Below are positions 8,269 to 16,935 of a DNA stretch of 40,848 nt, piece by piece. The notes beneath the pieces were generated by a model. It ran no database searches. It saw nothing but the letters and a program-made list of their open reading frames with translations, and was not told where the DNA came from. Numbering within the stretch: position 1 is the stretch's first letter; the number at the start of each line of letters is the position of its first letter. Made by a program: the position numbers and the translations under genes. Source of the stretch: an uncultured Candidatus Saccharibacteria bacterium (GTDB lineage Bacteria; Patescibacteriota; Saccharimonadia; Saccharimonadales; CAZJQT01). The stretch lies in contig CAZWRJ010000005.1 of NCBI GenBank assembly GCA_964636215.1, forward strand, positions 1-40,848, read 5' to 3'.

Positions 8269-10392
8269 ATGCTCAATAGAGATATAAAAGTTAAACTCGT
8301 TAAAGTTAAGTTTCATAGGCATGATGCTCTATTCCCATTATGGAAAATGCTTATCTTTGGAGTGGTCTTTGCCGGCTTAGCGATCTATTTATTACTTAGA
8401 AGTTTCGCAGCTACCCCAGTTGTCGTGACCATCGAGAGCGAAGATATAAGTATACCGGTGGGCGCGTCTGTTATCACTGATGTTTCGGCATCCGGAGGTA
8501 AAGCAGTGCAACTGAACGACAACGGAGCACTTACTGGTAGCATAAACTTCACATCTGATATTTCCAGCATTACGATTAAAGCTAGAGCTACTCAGTGTTC
8601 TGGTAGTCCTGCGCTTACCGCACAAGTCGATGGCAATACTGTATTACCTCTTACTTCTTTGAATTCCACCTCATGGACTGCATATTCGGCTAATGTAAAC
8701 CTTGCATCTGGCTCACATAACCTAACTCTTGCCGCTAGCGATATAATCAGTTCCCAGCACGGTAACAGTAAAAATAATTGTACCCGTGTTGTTTATTTAG
8801 ATGTTACTATTTTTTATGGCAATCCTGCCCCAACAGTTACCTTAAGTGCTTCGCCTCAGTCTGTAGATGCCGGTGAGTCTGCTACTCTTTCGTGGAGTTC
8901 TACCGATGCTAACTTCTGTACTGCTTCCGGAGCTTGGGCTGGTGATAAACCCACGTCTGGTTCGGAGTCAACCAGTGCTATTGATGCAAGCACAATATAC
9001 ACCTTGACATGTACGGGTGGAGGCGGCAGCGTATCAGCTAGCACCACTGTTAATCTAAATACTATTACTTTGCCAGCATCTGGCACAGTATATTATGTGG
9101 ACTGTCTGGGTAGTGACAACAATAATGGTTTGGCAACGACAACACCATGGAAGACATTGGCCAAAGCAGCTCAAGCAACACTCAAGCCAGGTGATAGTTT
9201 ATTACTGAAGAAGGGATGCACTTGGAATGAGCAATTAAGTGCCAAATGGGTCGGTACTAGCACTAGCCCAATATTGATTAGTGCTTATGGCACAGGTAGC
9301 AATCCGCTAATCCAAAGAAGTGCCCAAGGTAACCTTACATATGTAGCTGATGTCAATATCAGTGGTTCATATTTAATCATCGAGAACATCAGGGCTACGG
9401 TAATAAATCCCTACCGTGACGCCAGCTGTCTTCAATCAGACGGTACTTCCATACCATATGGATTCTATGCTGGGTTCGTATTGGCCACCAACAGTAGCTA
9501 CAATACTCTAAGGAATTTGGACGCTTCATCTTTGTCGGTTGGCATCACCATGTCTGACACGACCAGTCATAACAAGCTCCTGAACAATTACTTCCATGAT
9601 ATGCATTACCTATGGCGTCTTCAAAAAGAAGCAGGTGGCGCACAAGGCTCAATTGGCATTAATCTGCACGGTAATGATAATGAAGCCGCCTATAACCTCG
9701 CCGAAAGAAACGGTGCTTCATGTACTTATTCTGACGGTACCGTTTCAAACTACAGTGCCCCATTCGAGGTCTACAACGCCAACCGAAATTATGTGCATCA
9801 CAATATAGCGTTCGGTCACCGTAAACATTTTGAAATGGGCCACAGTACTGCTTTAACTACCGATGACAATATTCTGGCTTACAATCTGTTTGTAAGTAGT
9901 GTAAGTAGTGCGGTAGGGCCTAATATCCACGGATCAGGTAATCCATATGGACCCGTAAACCGCACCCAAATCTATAACAATACGATTATCCTGACTGGCG
10001 CGAATAGTTTGGCTTTGAATTGTGACTGTTCTGGTGGCGCAACAATCAAGAATAATATCTTGGCGGGTGAATCTAAAGCCGCCTTCTATAAGGGTACAAT
10101 AAGTGAGGACCATAATATTTATTGGGATTTCAAAAAGACTTCTGACACGACACAAGATCCATTTGTTCAGTTTAGTTCACCCGTATCCCAGACTAGTATC
10201 GATAGCACTTCACACTTGCTCAATCCATTGTTTATCGATTCGACAAAGGACTGGCACTTGTTATCAACAAGTCCTGCAGTAAGCGGTGGAGGAACAATAT
10301 CGACCGCTGATACCTTGCTATCTACTATCTTATTAAAAGATCTTGACGGGAAAACTACCATTCGCAACGTTGGGGCCTACGTTTACCCCTAA
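8269..10392 (+). CDS. secreted/anchored protein: CBM6/35-like module + Ig-like module + right-handed parallel beta-helix domain
   Basis: N-terminal TM/signal anchor (MLIFGVVFAGLAIYLLL). A CBM-like block (IESEDISIPVG...ASGGKAVQLND...SWTAYSANVNLASGSHNLTL). An Ig-like block (TVTLSASPQSVDAGESATLSWSS). A beta-helix entry motif (YYVDCLGSDNNNGLATTTPWKTLAKA...PGDSLLLKKG). Confidence 0.75.
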   Translation: MLNRDIKVKLVKVKFHRHDALFPLWKMLIFGVVFAGLAIYLLLRSFAATPVVVTIESEDISIPVGASVITDVSASGGKAVQLNDNGALTGSINFTSDISSITIKARATQCSGSPALTAQVDGNTVLPLTSLNSTSWTAYSANVNLASGSHNLTLAASDIISSQHGNSKNNCTRVVYLDVTIFYGNPAPTVTLSASPQSVDAGESATLSWSSTDANFCTASGAWAGDKPTSGSESTSAIDASTIYTLTCTGGGGSVSASTTVNLNTITLPASGTVYYVDCLGSDNNNGLATTTPWKTLAKAAQATLKPGDSLLLKKGCTWNEQLSAKWVGTSTSPILISAYGTGSNPLIQRSAQGNLTYVADVNISGSYLIIENIRATVINPYRDASCLQSDGTSIPYGFYAGFVLATNSSYNTLRNLDASSLSVGITMSDTTSHNKLLNNYFHDMHYLWRLQKEAGGAQGSIGINLHGNDNEAAYNLAERNGASCTYSDGTVSNYSAPFEVYNANRNYVHHNIAFGHRKHFEMGHSTALTTDDNILAYNLFVSSVSSAVGPNIHGSGNPYGPVNRTQIYNNTIILTGANSLALNCDCSGGATIKNNILAGESKAAFYKGTISEDHNIYWDFKKTSDTTQDPFVQFSSPVSQTSIDSTSHLLNPLFIDSTKDWHLLSTSPAVSGGGTISTADTLLSTILLKDLDGKTTIRNVGAYVYP

Positions 10393-10394
10393 AA

Positions 10395-10661
10395 TTATTT
10401 AAAAAAACCGACTGTTATCACAACTAAAATGGTTAAGCCTAGGGCTTTGCGGAAATAGTTAACACCTTCTGTCGCTTCAAAGTATGCCCAGGCAAAAATA
10501 AGTGCCGTACCTAAGTGTTCAAAGCCAGTTTTCAAACGCCCAGTACCTAGTAGCATTGCCATCACTTTAAATGCTGCCCAACCAATTAGTAATATGTTTG
10601 GTGATTGCCAAAGCACTATGTGCTCGTCCTTGTCTTGAAAAAAAGCTTTGTACTTAGTCAT
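10395..10661 (-). CDS. small integral membrane protein
   Basis: 88-aa ORF with three hydrophobic spans. No family recognised. Confidence 0.5.
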   Translation of the reverse strand: MTKYKAFFQDKDEHIVLWQSPNILLIGWAAFKVMAMLLGTGRLKTGFEHLGTALIFAWAYFEATEGVNYFRKALGLTILVVITVGFFK

Positions 10662-10734
10662 TGTGGCTTAATCATAACAAATTCTTTAAACCAGCCGATA
10701 AGCGTAATAGGAAATGGACTACGTTGATAATCTA

Positions 10735-11430
10735 TCACTTAAGACTTGCACGAACGATAACTCTTTTTTCGTAGCTGTTAGTTTTGGAGTTGAAAGTTCC
10801 CCCACACGTAATAAGCGTAAGTTGTCTAGTGACATCAGGCAGTTGCTTAAATTGCTGAACCCTAGTGTCTTTGACGGAATATAGATCTGTGTCTTGTACG
10901 ACAAAATGTTTCCAGGTATGGTCACCGAACTGGATGTCAATAACATCTCCCAATTTTACCTGTCCTAGTTTTTGAAAAATTCCACTATTATAAATTCCGT
11001 GAACGTGACCATCAATAATACTTACCCCAGTCTGGCCGGGAAGCGGACTACTATTATACCAACCAGCTAAGTGAATATTAGACGGCACCCCGATATTGTT
11101 ATTACTGTCGGTCGGCACCTCTTGAACATAGCCCTTTATACCAACTCGTGAAATTAATATTTGCCTGGGGCGATCGTCAGATACTTGGTAATTAACCACT
11201 TTGACAGGTGATTCGTCTGGGTGAGTTGTGGTGGCTTGACTGGTTGAAGGGGTAATAGGCGTCGCTTTACGGTGTGTAGCACTGTACCAGCGCCAGAGGG
11301 CAGGTATCCCAACCAAAATCAAAGCAGACCCTACAAGCAGCAGCAGCGTAGGGGTGTGTTCGCTCTTCAATACCCGTTTTAGGTATTTAGTTGATTGAAT
11401 CTTTTTGGTTAAAACGCCGCGCACTGACAC
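10735..11430 (-). CDS. sortase (class E/F-like transpeptidase)
   Basis: N-terminal TM anchor, catalytic His (IIDGHVHG), the TLITCGG Cys motif and a C-terminal Arg (RVIVRA). The GTG start overlaps the upstream gene by 44 nt, so the start is uncertain. Confidence 0.85.
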   Translation of the reverse strand: MSVRGVLTKKIQSTKYLKRVLKSEHTPTLLLLVGSALILVGIPALWRWYSATHRKATPITPSTSQATTTHPDESPVKVVNYQVSDDRPRQILISRVGIKGYVQEVPTDSNNNIGVPSNIHLAGWYNSSPLPGQTGVSIIDGHVHGIYNSGIFQKLGQVKLGDVIDIQFGDHTWKHFVVQDTDLYSVKDTRVQQFKQLPDVTRQLTLITCGGTFNSKTNSYEKRVIVRASLK

Positions 11431-13099
11431 CAGCTAATACTAGCACCGCCCCAACTAATAAGGGGCTTAATAGGATTAATTTATTCTGAGACTGTAGACC
11501 AGTATTGGGCGCTCCTGTGTCGATAACCGCTGGACCGGCCGGATCAACGATTGTGCCATTAGCCGAACCATCGGCGTCTAGGCTTCCACCGTCAGTAACG
11601 CTGTAGCTTAAAGTAGTTACGGTCTTGGAGCCAATGTGGGCACTGCCAAAGTGTGCACCGGGTATGTCCTCAAACTTTCCGCCAATGAATTTCCTGGCCT
11701 TCCAGCCGGTGGTGTTATAGTTCTTGTCATAAAATAGTTTTATATTGGCCGTATCGCCATGCGAAGCACAAGCAAGGGTATAGTGGGTAAGACCTACGGG
11801 GTAAATAAAGTCACCATCACTGCCCACTTGCGACAGTGATTTTACAGATACGCCAGTAATGGTTGTGCAGCCACCAGTTACTTGAATCGTTTCATACTTG
11901 CCGCCGCCTACTACGATGTTTGGCAGCGTGGCAACGCTGTTTTGATCGCTATCCCTTGTACCATCGTCGTTACCATCTCCACCGTTTGGTCCGTCATTTT
12001 CTGTCGAAGAAGCAATATGATCACTATCGTGTGAAATGGTGTTTTCGATAGTATCTAAGATGCTATTAATATTGCCACTATCTAGACTAGTGTAGTAAGT
12101 AAGAGTAGTTGATTGCCCGGGGGCCAGAGTACCTACATCAAAGTCGATGTTTATAGCAATATCGTCAGTTACCTCTGTACCCTTTGCTTGGGCGGCATTG
12201 TATGCCTCGGAGTCATAAGGATTCTCGTTATCAAAACCGTAAGTTGAAACGCGTGCACGTGAATCGTTACTAAAGTAAAGTAATGGCGCCCGCGAACCTA
12301 TCGCTTGGAACACTGGGTCGTCATTATTCCAACTTGTATCGGCAACCACTACCGCTTTGCCATCTCCCGCCGCAAAGGTATTCAATATTTTATTACGTGT
12401 GGTGAATGATTCTTCACCACCTATATCTTCTGTGTTATCTGGGTCAACGTTGCGCATGTAGCGTACGCGACTGATAGTATGGTCACTGACATTCTTAAGA
12501 GTCACTTGGTTTTTAAAGAATTTGTCACCACTATTAAAGGATACGACCTGGGTGGTTTTAAGGACATCATTGTAGGTGCCTTCACTTGTGGCTTTTAGAA
12601 GATCACCAGATGATTGGTCGGTTACGGTGTTGTCTGGGATGTCTACCGGACACTCCTCCAAAGCGTTCGAACCAGTGAATTGATCGCCATTGAACGTATA
12701 GCCAACGTCCCATCGTTCGTTAGGAGAACCTGGTAAAAAGTAATCCATCCTAAGGTCAGGCGCTACGCCAAAACCAGCAGGGTTAGTGCTCATACCAATG
12801 TTAACTCTAGGGTTTCTCCCGTCATCTAGTGCTCCAAAAAAGCCATCCGGTAGTGAGCTAGGTATGATCTCAGCGTCCTCGCAATCACCATCTCCTGATG
12901 TGGTCCCGAAAGACCCAGCGTGGCTAAGACCAAGTTCAATATAGTCGCCCCCCAGAAAGACATCGCCCGTATCGGTATTAGTGTAAGAGCGTGGCCCAAC
13001 CAAGGCGTGTGCCTTAAGTGTTAGCAGCAGAACTATAGCAAGAAAATACAATACACTAACTGATATCCTTCCAAATCTAACCGAGGTTTCTCTTTTCAC
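11387..13099 (-). CDS. large secreted surface protein with a C-terminal sorting signal (APNTG + TM + basic tail)
   Basis: Signal peptide (VLYFLAIVLLLTLKAHA). C-terminus GAPNTGLQSQNKLILLSPLLVGAVLVLAGVSARRF. It lies immediately upstream of the sortase on the same strand. Confidence 0.75.
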   Translation of the reverse strand: MKRETSVRFGRISVSVLYFLAIVLLLTLKAHALVGPRSYTNTDTGDVFLGGDYIELGLSHAGSFGTTSGDGDCEDAEIIPSSLPDGFFGALDDGRNPRVNIGMSTNPAGFGVAPDLRMDYFLPGSPNERWDVGYTFNGDQFTGSNALEECPVDIPDNTVTDQSSGDLLKATSEGTYNDVLKTTQVVSFNSGDKFFKNQVTLKNVSDHTISRVRYMRNVDPDNTEDIGGEESFTTRNKILNTFAAGDGKAVVVADTSWNNDDPVFQAIGSRAPLLYFSNDSRARVSTYGFDNENPYDSEAYNAAQAKGTEVTDDIAINIDFDVGTLAPGQSTTLTYYTSLDSGNINSILDTIENTISHDSDHIASSTENDGPNGGDGNDDGTRDSDQNSVATLPNIVVGGGKYETIQVTGGCTTITGVSVKSLSQVGSDGDFIYPVGLTHYTLACASHGDTANIKLFYDKNYNTTGWKARKFIGGKFEDIPGAHFGSAHIGSKTVTTLSYSVTDGGSLDADGSANGTIVDPAGPAVIDTGAPNTGLQSQNKLILLSPLLVGAVLVLAGVSARRFNQKDSIN

Positions 13100-13220
13100 T
13101 TTCCCCTCAAAGTAATTATGCTAATTTTAACACAAGACCACTTCTATAAATGGTCATAATTACAACATTACAAATTGCTTAGTATCTCCGTAGGCGCCAA
13201 GTAATTGAATTCAATAAATC

Positions 13221-13297
13221 TGGAGGGCCAGCGGGGACTCGAACCCCGGACACCCTGCTTAAGAGGCAGGTGCTCTAACCAGCTGAGCTACTGGCCC
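13221..13297 (-). tRNA. tRNA-Lys (anticodon CUU), CCA encoded
   Basis: The reverse complement GGGCCAGTAGCTCAGCTGGTTAGAGCACCTGCCTCTTAAGCAGGGTGTCCGGGGTTCGAGTCCCCGCTGGCCCTCCA gives a canonical cloverleaf with anticodon loop CTCTTAA. Confidence 0.9.
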
Positions 13298-13359
13298 GTA
13301 AGCGGAAACTTTAGCAAATTACCCCTGTTTTGGCAATAACTACGCTACAATAACTTGGT

Positions 13360-14169
13360 ATGAAAATACTAAATGGCTCAGAGTTAGCCGGATATATTAA
13401 AGAACGTCAGGCCAAACAGGTTAGGGCTTTGAGACAAGCTCACAAGATCGAGCCAAAACTGGCAATTATTCGAACTAATCCTGATCCAGTGGTGGATAGC
13501 TACATGCGGCTCAAACAGGGCTATGGCGAAGACATTTTAATCGATGTTGATGTACATACTGTCGATCAATCTAAAGCGCTTGAAACCATAGAAAATCTAA
13601 ACAAAGATGAATCAGTTCACGGTATCATTGTCCAAATTCCTTTACCTGACCCCGACCAAACTGATGAAATCTTAAATACCGTTGACGCCGCTAAAGACGT
13701 TGACGGTCTAGCAGTTAAGACTGACTTTGACCCAGCTACACCAATGGCAATTAGTTGGTTGCTCAATGGATATAATGTTGATCTGGCCACCAAACAAATT
13801 GTTATCGTGGGACATGGCCGCTTGGTTGGGCGTCCACTAGAACGCATGTGGAAGACCTCTGGCTACAATGTAGAAGTAGTAGATAAGAAAACTCCTGATC
13901 TTGAAGCAAAGGTCAAATCAGCAGATGTACTAGTCTGTGCTACAGGGGTACCCGGCCTAATCACAAAGGATATGGTTAGACCAGACGCAGTGATTGTGGA
14001 TGCTGGAGTAGCTACGGATAAAAACGGGTTGGTTGGCGATGTAGCAGCGGATGTCCGAGAACTTCCGGGCATAACAATAACGCCAGAAAAAGGCGGGGTA
14101 GGACCACTGACAATTTGTGCTTTGTTTGACAACGTTATTCGTTCTGCCAGACAAACAACAAAATTATGA
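13360..14169 (+). CDS. folD: bifunctional methylenetetrahydrofolate dehydrogenase/cyclohydrolase
   Basis: HGIIVQIPLP, VIVGHGRLVGRPL and PEKGGVGPLT motifs; 269 aa. Confidence 0.9.
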   Translation: MKILNGSELAGYIKERQAKQVRALRQAHKIEPKLAIIRTNPDPVVDSYMRLKQGYGEDILIDVDVHTVDQSKALETIENLNKDESVHGIIVQIPLPDPDQTDEILNTVDAAKDVDGLAVKTDFDPATPMAISWLLNGYNVDLATKQIVIVGHGRLVGRPLERMWKTSGYNVEVVDKKTPDLEAKVKSADVLVCATGVPGLITKDMVRPDAVIVDAGVATDKNGLVGDVAADVRELPGITITPEKGGVGPLTICALFDNVIRSARQTTKL

Positions 14170-14819
14170 CCAAAATAGGAATTTTTGATTCTGGTGTTGG
14201 TGGCAAGTCAGTTGCCAACGCGATAGAAGCAGCTTTGCCTGAAGATGAGATAATTTACGTAAATGATCAAACGCATTTACCCTATGGTAATCGTCGACCC
14301 GATGATATCAAAAACTTAGTAGTCCCAATCCTAGAAGATCTAGTAAAACAAGGTTGCAAAGTAGTAGTAATTGCCTGTAACACTGTCACTACTACAGTAA
14401 TAGAAGAACTTCGCCAGAGAATCAAGGTACCTCTGATTGGGATTGAACCAATGGTAAAACCAGCTGCCGAGCAAACCAAATCTGGTGTAATTGCAGTCTG
14501 CGCTACACCCGCCACCCTGGCCAGCAAGCGTTATTCCTGGCTCAAAGAAACTTATGCAAAAGATGTAGAGATTCTAGAACCGGACTGTAGCGACTGGACG
14601 ACCATGATTGAATCAAATCAGATTGATCACGAACATATAGCTAAACGTATTCTTGAAGTTTGCGAAAAGAAAGCAGACGTTATTGTGTTGGGCTGCACTC
14701 ACTATCATTGGATAGAGAACGAAATTCAATCAATCGCTGACAAGTACGGCGCTAAAGTAATACAGTCTGAGACTCCAGTGGTGGCTGAGCTCAAGCGAGT
14801 TCTTGAACAACTTTCTTAA
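14166..14819 (+). CDS. murI: glutamate racemase (short form)
   Basis: IGIFDSGVGG, VIACNT and LGCTHY catalytic-Cys motifs. It overlaps the folD stop by 4 nt. At 217 aa it is shorter than typical MurI. Confidence 0.85.
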   Translation: MTKIGIFDSGVGGKSVANAIEAALPEDEIIYVNDQTHLPYGNRRPDDIKNLVVPILEDLVKQGCKVVVIACNTVTTTVIEELRQRIKVPLIGIEPMVKPAAEQTKSGVIAVCATPATLASKRYSWLKETYAKDVEILEPDCSDWTTMIESNQIDHEHIAKRILEVCEKKADVIVLGCTHYHWIENEIQSIADKYGAKVIQSETPVVAELKRVLEQLS

Positions 14820-16098
14820 ACTGTTCCCCGCGGTCTTTGTAATTTTTAAATAATCCAAAGCTGGCACAGCCAGTCGATAGAAGTACCACATCTCCAGACT
14901 GTGCATGCGACTTGGCGACGTCCATAATTTCTGACATAGACTTACCTCCCTCGATAACATCCATAAAACCGGCTTGCTTGAGTGCTTCGGCAATCGCCGG
15001 TCCGGTATCTCCGATAACAACCGCTTTACGAACATTGCCTTCTTTTACAGTTTTAGCTAACTTTTCATAAGTAGCACCCTTATCTGAACCACCCAGAATG
15101 ACAATCTTGGGTTGCTCAAAAGCCTCAATAGCCACAATGGCTGTTTCAGGTGTTGTGCCAAAAGAATCATCATAATATTTGGCGCCATCAAATTCTCTGA
15201 CCAATTCCAAGCGGTGTTCCAGACCAGTAAAGCTAGTGAGCACCGAACGCATAGCCCCAGTGTTTTTATCTATCTGCCAAACGGCGGTAACAGCAGCGCA
15301 GGCGTTTTGCCAGTTGTGCTTACCTAGTAGCTTTAGATCTTTTACATCACAAATCGTCTGCCCTTCTATAGATATTTTATCGTCAATAACTTCGGCGCCG
15401 GGTGATTTCATGTAGGGGATTTTATTACCGGCACTAATCTCGGTAACTTTTTTGGAGTTATCACTATCGGCGTAGTAAATTGCAATTTCCTCGGGTTTCT
15501 GCCAACGGAAAAGTTGTTGCTTGGCAGTTATATATTCTTCCAGGTTGTCGTGCCAATCTTGGTGTTCGGGCTCGACCATTAAACAAACTGCCAGAGGTGG
15601 GGAATACCTAAGATCAATTAATTGAAAATTAGCTAGTTCTAGTACAACCCAGTCATCAGCTTGAATACCGACTTTCAGCATATCTAGCGGCGGAATACCT
15701 ATATTGCCGCCCAGATGCACTTTTTTACCAGCAGCTTCCAGTATTTTGGCTATCAGCGTCGAAGTAGTGCCTTTACCTTTAGTGCCAGTTATACCAATGA
15801 TATTTCGGCTTGGACAAACCAAGAAAAATTCATTAGTAACACTAGTCATCTTATCTAGAATATTAGGCATATCCGGATTGGCGTTCTGTATATCACGTGG
15901 GTGCAAAGCAGGCGTGCGTACCAAAAGATCAAACCGCTCCAGATTCTTTAGGTAATCTTCGCCAAGCCGGCTAGCCACATCACTAGGTAAGTTAACCGAA
16001 GTATCTCGGTCACAGATCGTAATTTCGTTTCCATCACGGTTCCAATATTCATAGGCGCTCTGTCCTTGCCCAGCAAACCCGAGGATAGCTACTCGCAT
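14791..16098 (-). CDS. murD: UDP-N-acetylmuramoylalanine--D-glutamate ligase
   Basis: Rossmann-like N-terminus (VAILGFAGQGQS), Mur-ligase P-loop GITGTKGKGTT and a C-terminal DRGEQF. The 3' end overlaps murI by 29 nt (convergent). Confidence 0.85.
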   Translation of the reverse strand: MRVAILGFAGQGQSAYEYWNRDGNEITICDRDTSVNLPSDVASRLGEDYLKNLERFDLLVRTPALHPRDIQNANPDMPNILDKMTSVTNEFFLVCPSRNIIGITGTKGKGTTSTLIAKILEAAGKKVHLGGNIGIPPLDMLKVGIQADDWVVLELANFQLIDLRYSPPLAVCLMVEPEHQDWHDNLEEYITAKQQLFRWQKPEEIAIYYADSDNSKKVTEISAGNKIPYMKSPGAEVIDDKISIEGQTICDVKDLKLLGKHNWQNACAAVTAVWQIDKNTGAMRSVLTSFTGLEHRLELVREFDGAKYYDDSFGTTPETAIVAIEAFEQPKIVILGGSDKGATYEKLAKTVKEGNVRKAVVIGDTGPAIAEALKQAGFMDVIEGGKSMSEIMDVAKSHAQSGDVVLLSTGCASFGLFKNYKDRGEQFKKVVQELA

Positions 16099-16116
16099 GT
16101 TTGTAATTGTATCAGT

Positions 16117-16485
16117 TTAAGCAGCTAGTTCGGCTTTGACCATCTTGGCCACTTCGCTCGGGGTCATTTCTGCCTTAACAATAAAGCGCTTAATTCCAAG
16201 CTCCTTGAGCCCTGGCGGAGCCTCTTGTTCACCCATGTTAGTCAAAATAATCACCTTAATATCTGCACCCCATGTTTTCTTGCGCAGCTCCTCAAGCATT
16301 TCAGCACCGGTCATTTCTGGCATCATAAGATCTAGCAAGATAATATCTGGCTGCATTTTTTCAGCTAAGGCTAAGCCCAATTTACCGTTTTCGGCAGTTT
16401 CAACCTCAAAACCCTCAGTCTCGAACTTGATACGATACATCTGGCTAATTGCTTGGTCGTCTTCAATTATTGCGATTTTTGCCAT
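16117..16485 (-). CDS. single-domain response regulator (REC only)
   Basis: 122 aa. Acidic pocket IIEDD, phospho-acceptor context DIILLDLMMP, conserved T (ILTN) and K (VKA). No output domain. Confidence 0.85.
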   Translation of the reverse strand: MAKIAIIEDDQAISQMYRIKFETEGFEVETAENGKLGLALAEKMQPDIILLDLMMPEMTGAEMLEELRKKTWGADIKVIILTNMGEQEAPPGLKELGIKRFIVKAEMTPSEVAKMVKAELAA

Positions 16486-16497
16486 GTATGTATGCTA

Positions 16498-16905
16498 TCA
16501 CTTTTTAGATGGCTCAGGCTGGGGTTTAGCCGAACCATCTGATTTTAATGTGTGATTAACGATCTCAATTAACTCATTATTAGTGACATTAGCCTTTACA
16601 ATATAGCGCTCAAGGTTTAACTTTTTGAGCCCTTCTGGAGCTTCATATTCACTAACGTTAGTTAGAACAATAACTTTTATGTCCTTGCCCCAATCACTAG
16701 ATCGCATCTGCTTAAGGACATCTTCTCCTGAGAGCATGGGCAACATCAGATCCAGCAAAACCAAATCCGGCAACTCTTGTTTTATAAGCTTTAGTCCGCT
16801 TTCACCGTCGTAAGCTACTACACAGTCATAACCCGCCAGTTTAAGTCTGGTCTGGTAAATATCAGCTAACCAGTTATCATCCTCAATAATTGCAACTTTT
16901 GCCAT
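16498..16905 (-). CDS. single-domain response regulator (REC only), paralog of the neighbour
   Basis: 135 aa with the same motif set (IIEDD, DLVLLDLMLP, VLTN, VKA) plus a short basic tail. Confidence 0.85.
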   Translation of the reverse strand: MAKVAIIEDDNWLADIYQTRLKLAGYDCVVAYDGESGLKLIKQELPDLVLLDLMLPMLSGEDVLKQMRSSDWGKDIKVIVLTNVSEYEAPEGLKKLNLERYIVKANVTNNELIEIVNHTLKSDGSAKPQPEPSKK

Positions 16906-16935
16906 TACTTGTATCCTACGTAATAATACCGAATT

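Noticed and set aside
16136-16555. 139-aa plus-strand ORF antisense to the response regulators; similar antisense ORFs lie inside glyA, murB, murD, the beta-helix protein, the kinase, pgk, pcrA and the MFS gene
   Set aside because: All lie wholly within strongly supported CDSs on the opposite strand or in another frame, and all have Ser/Leu/Ile-biased compositions.
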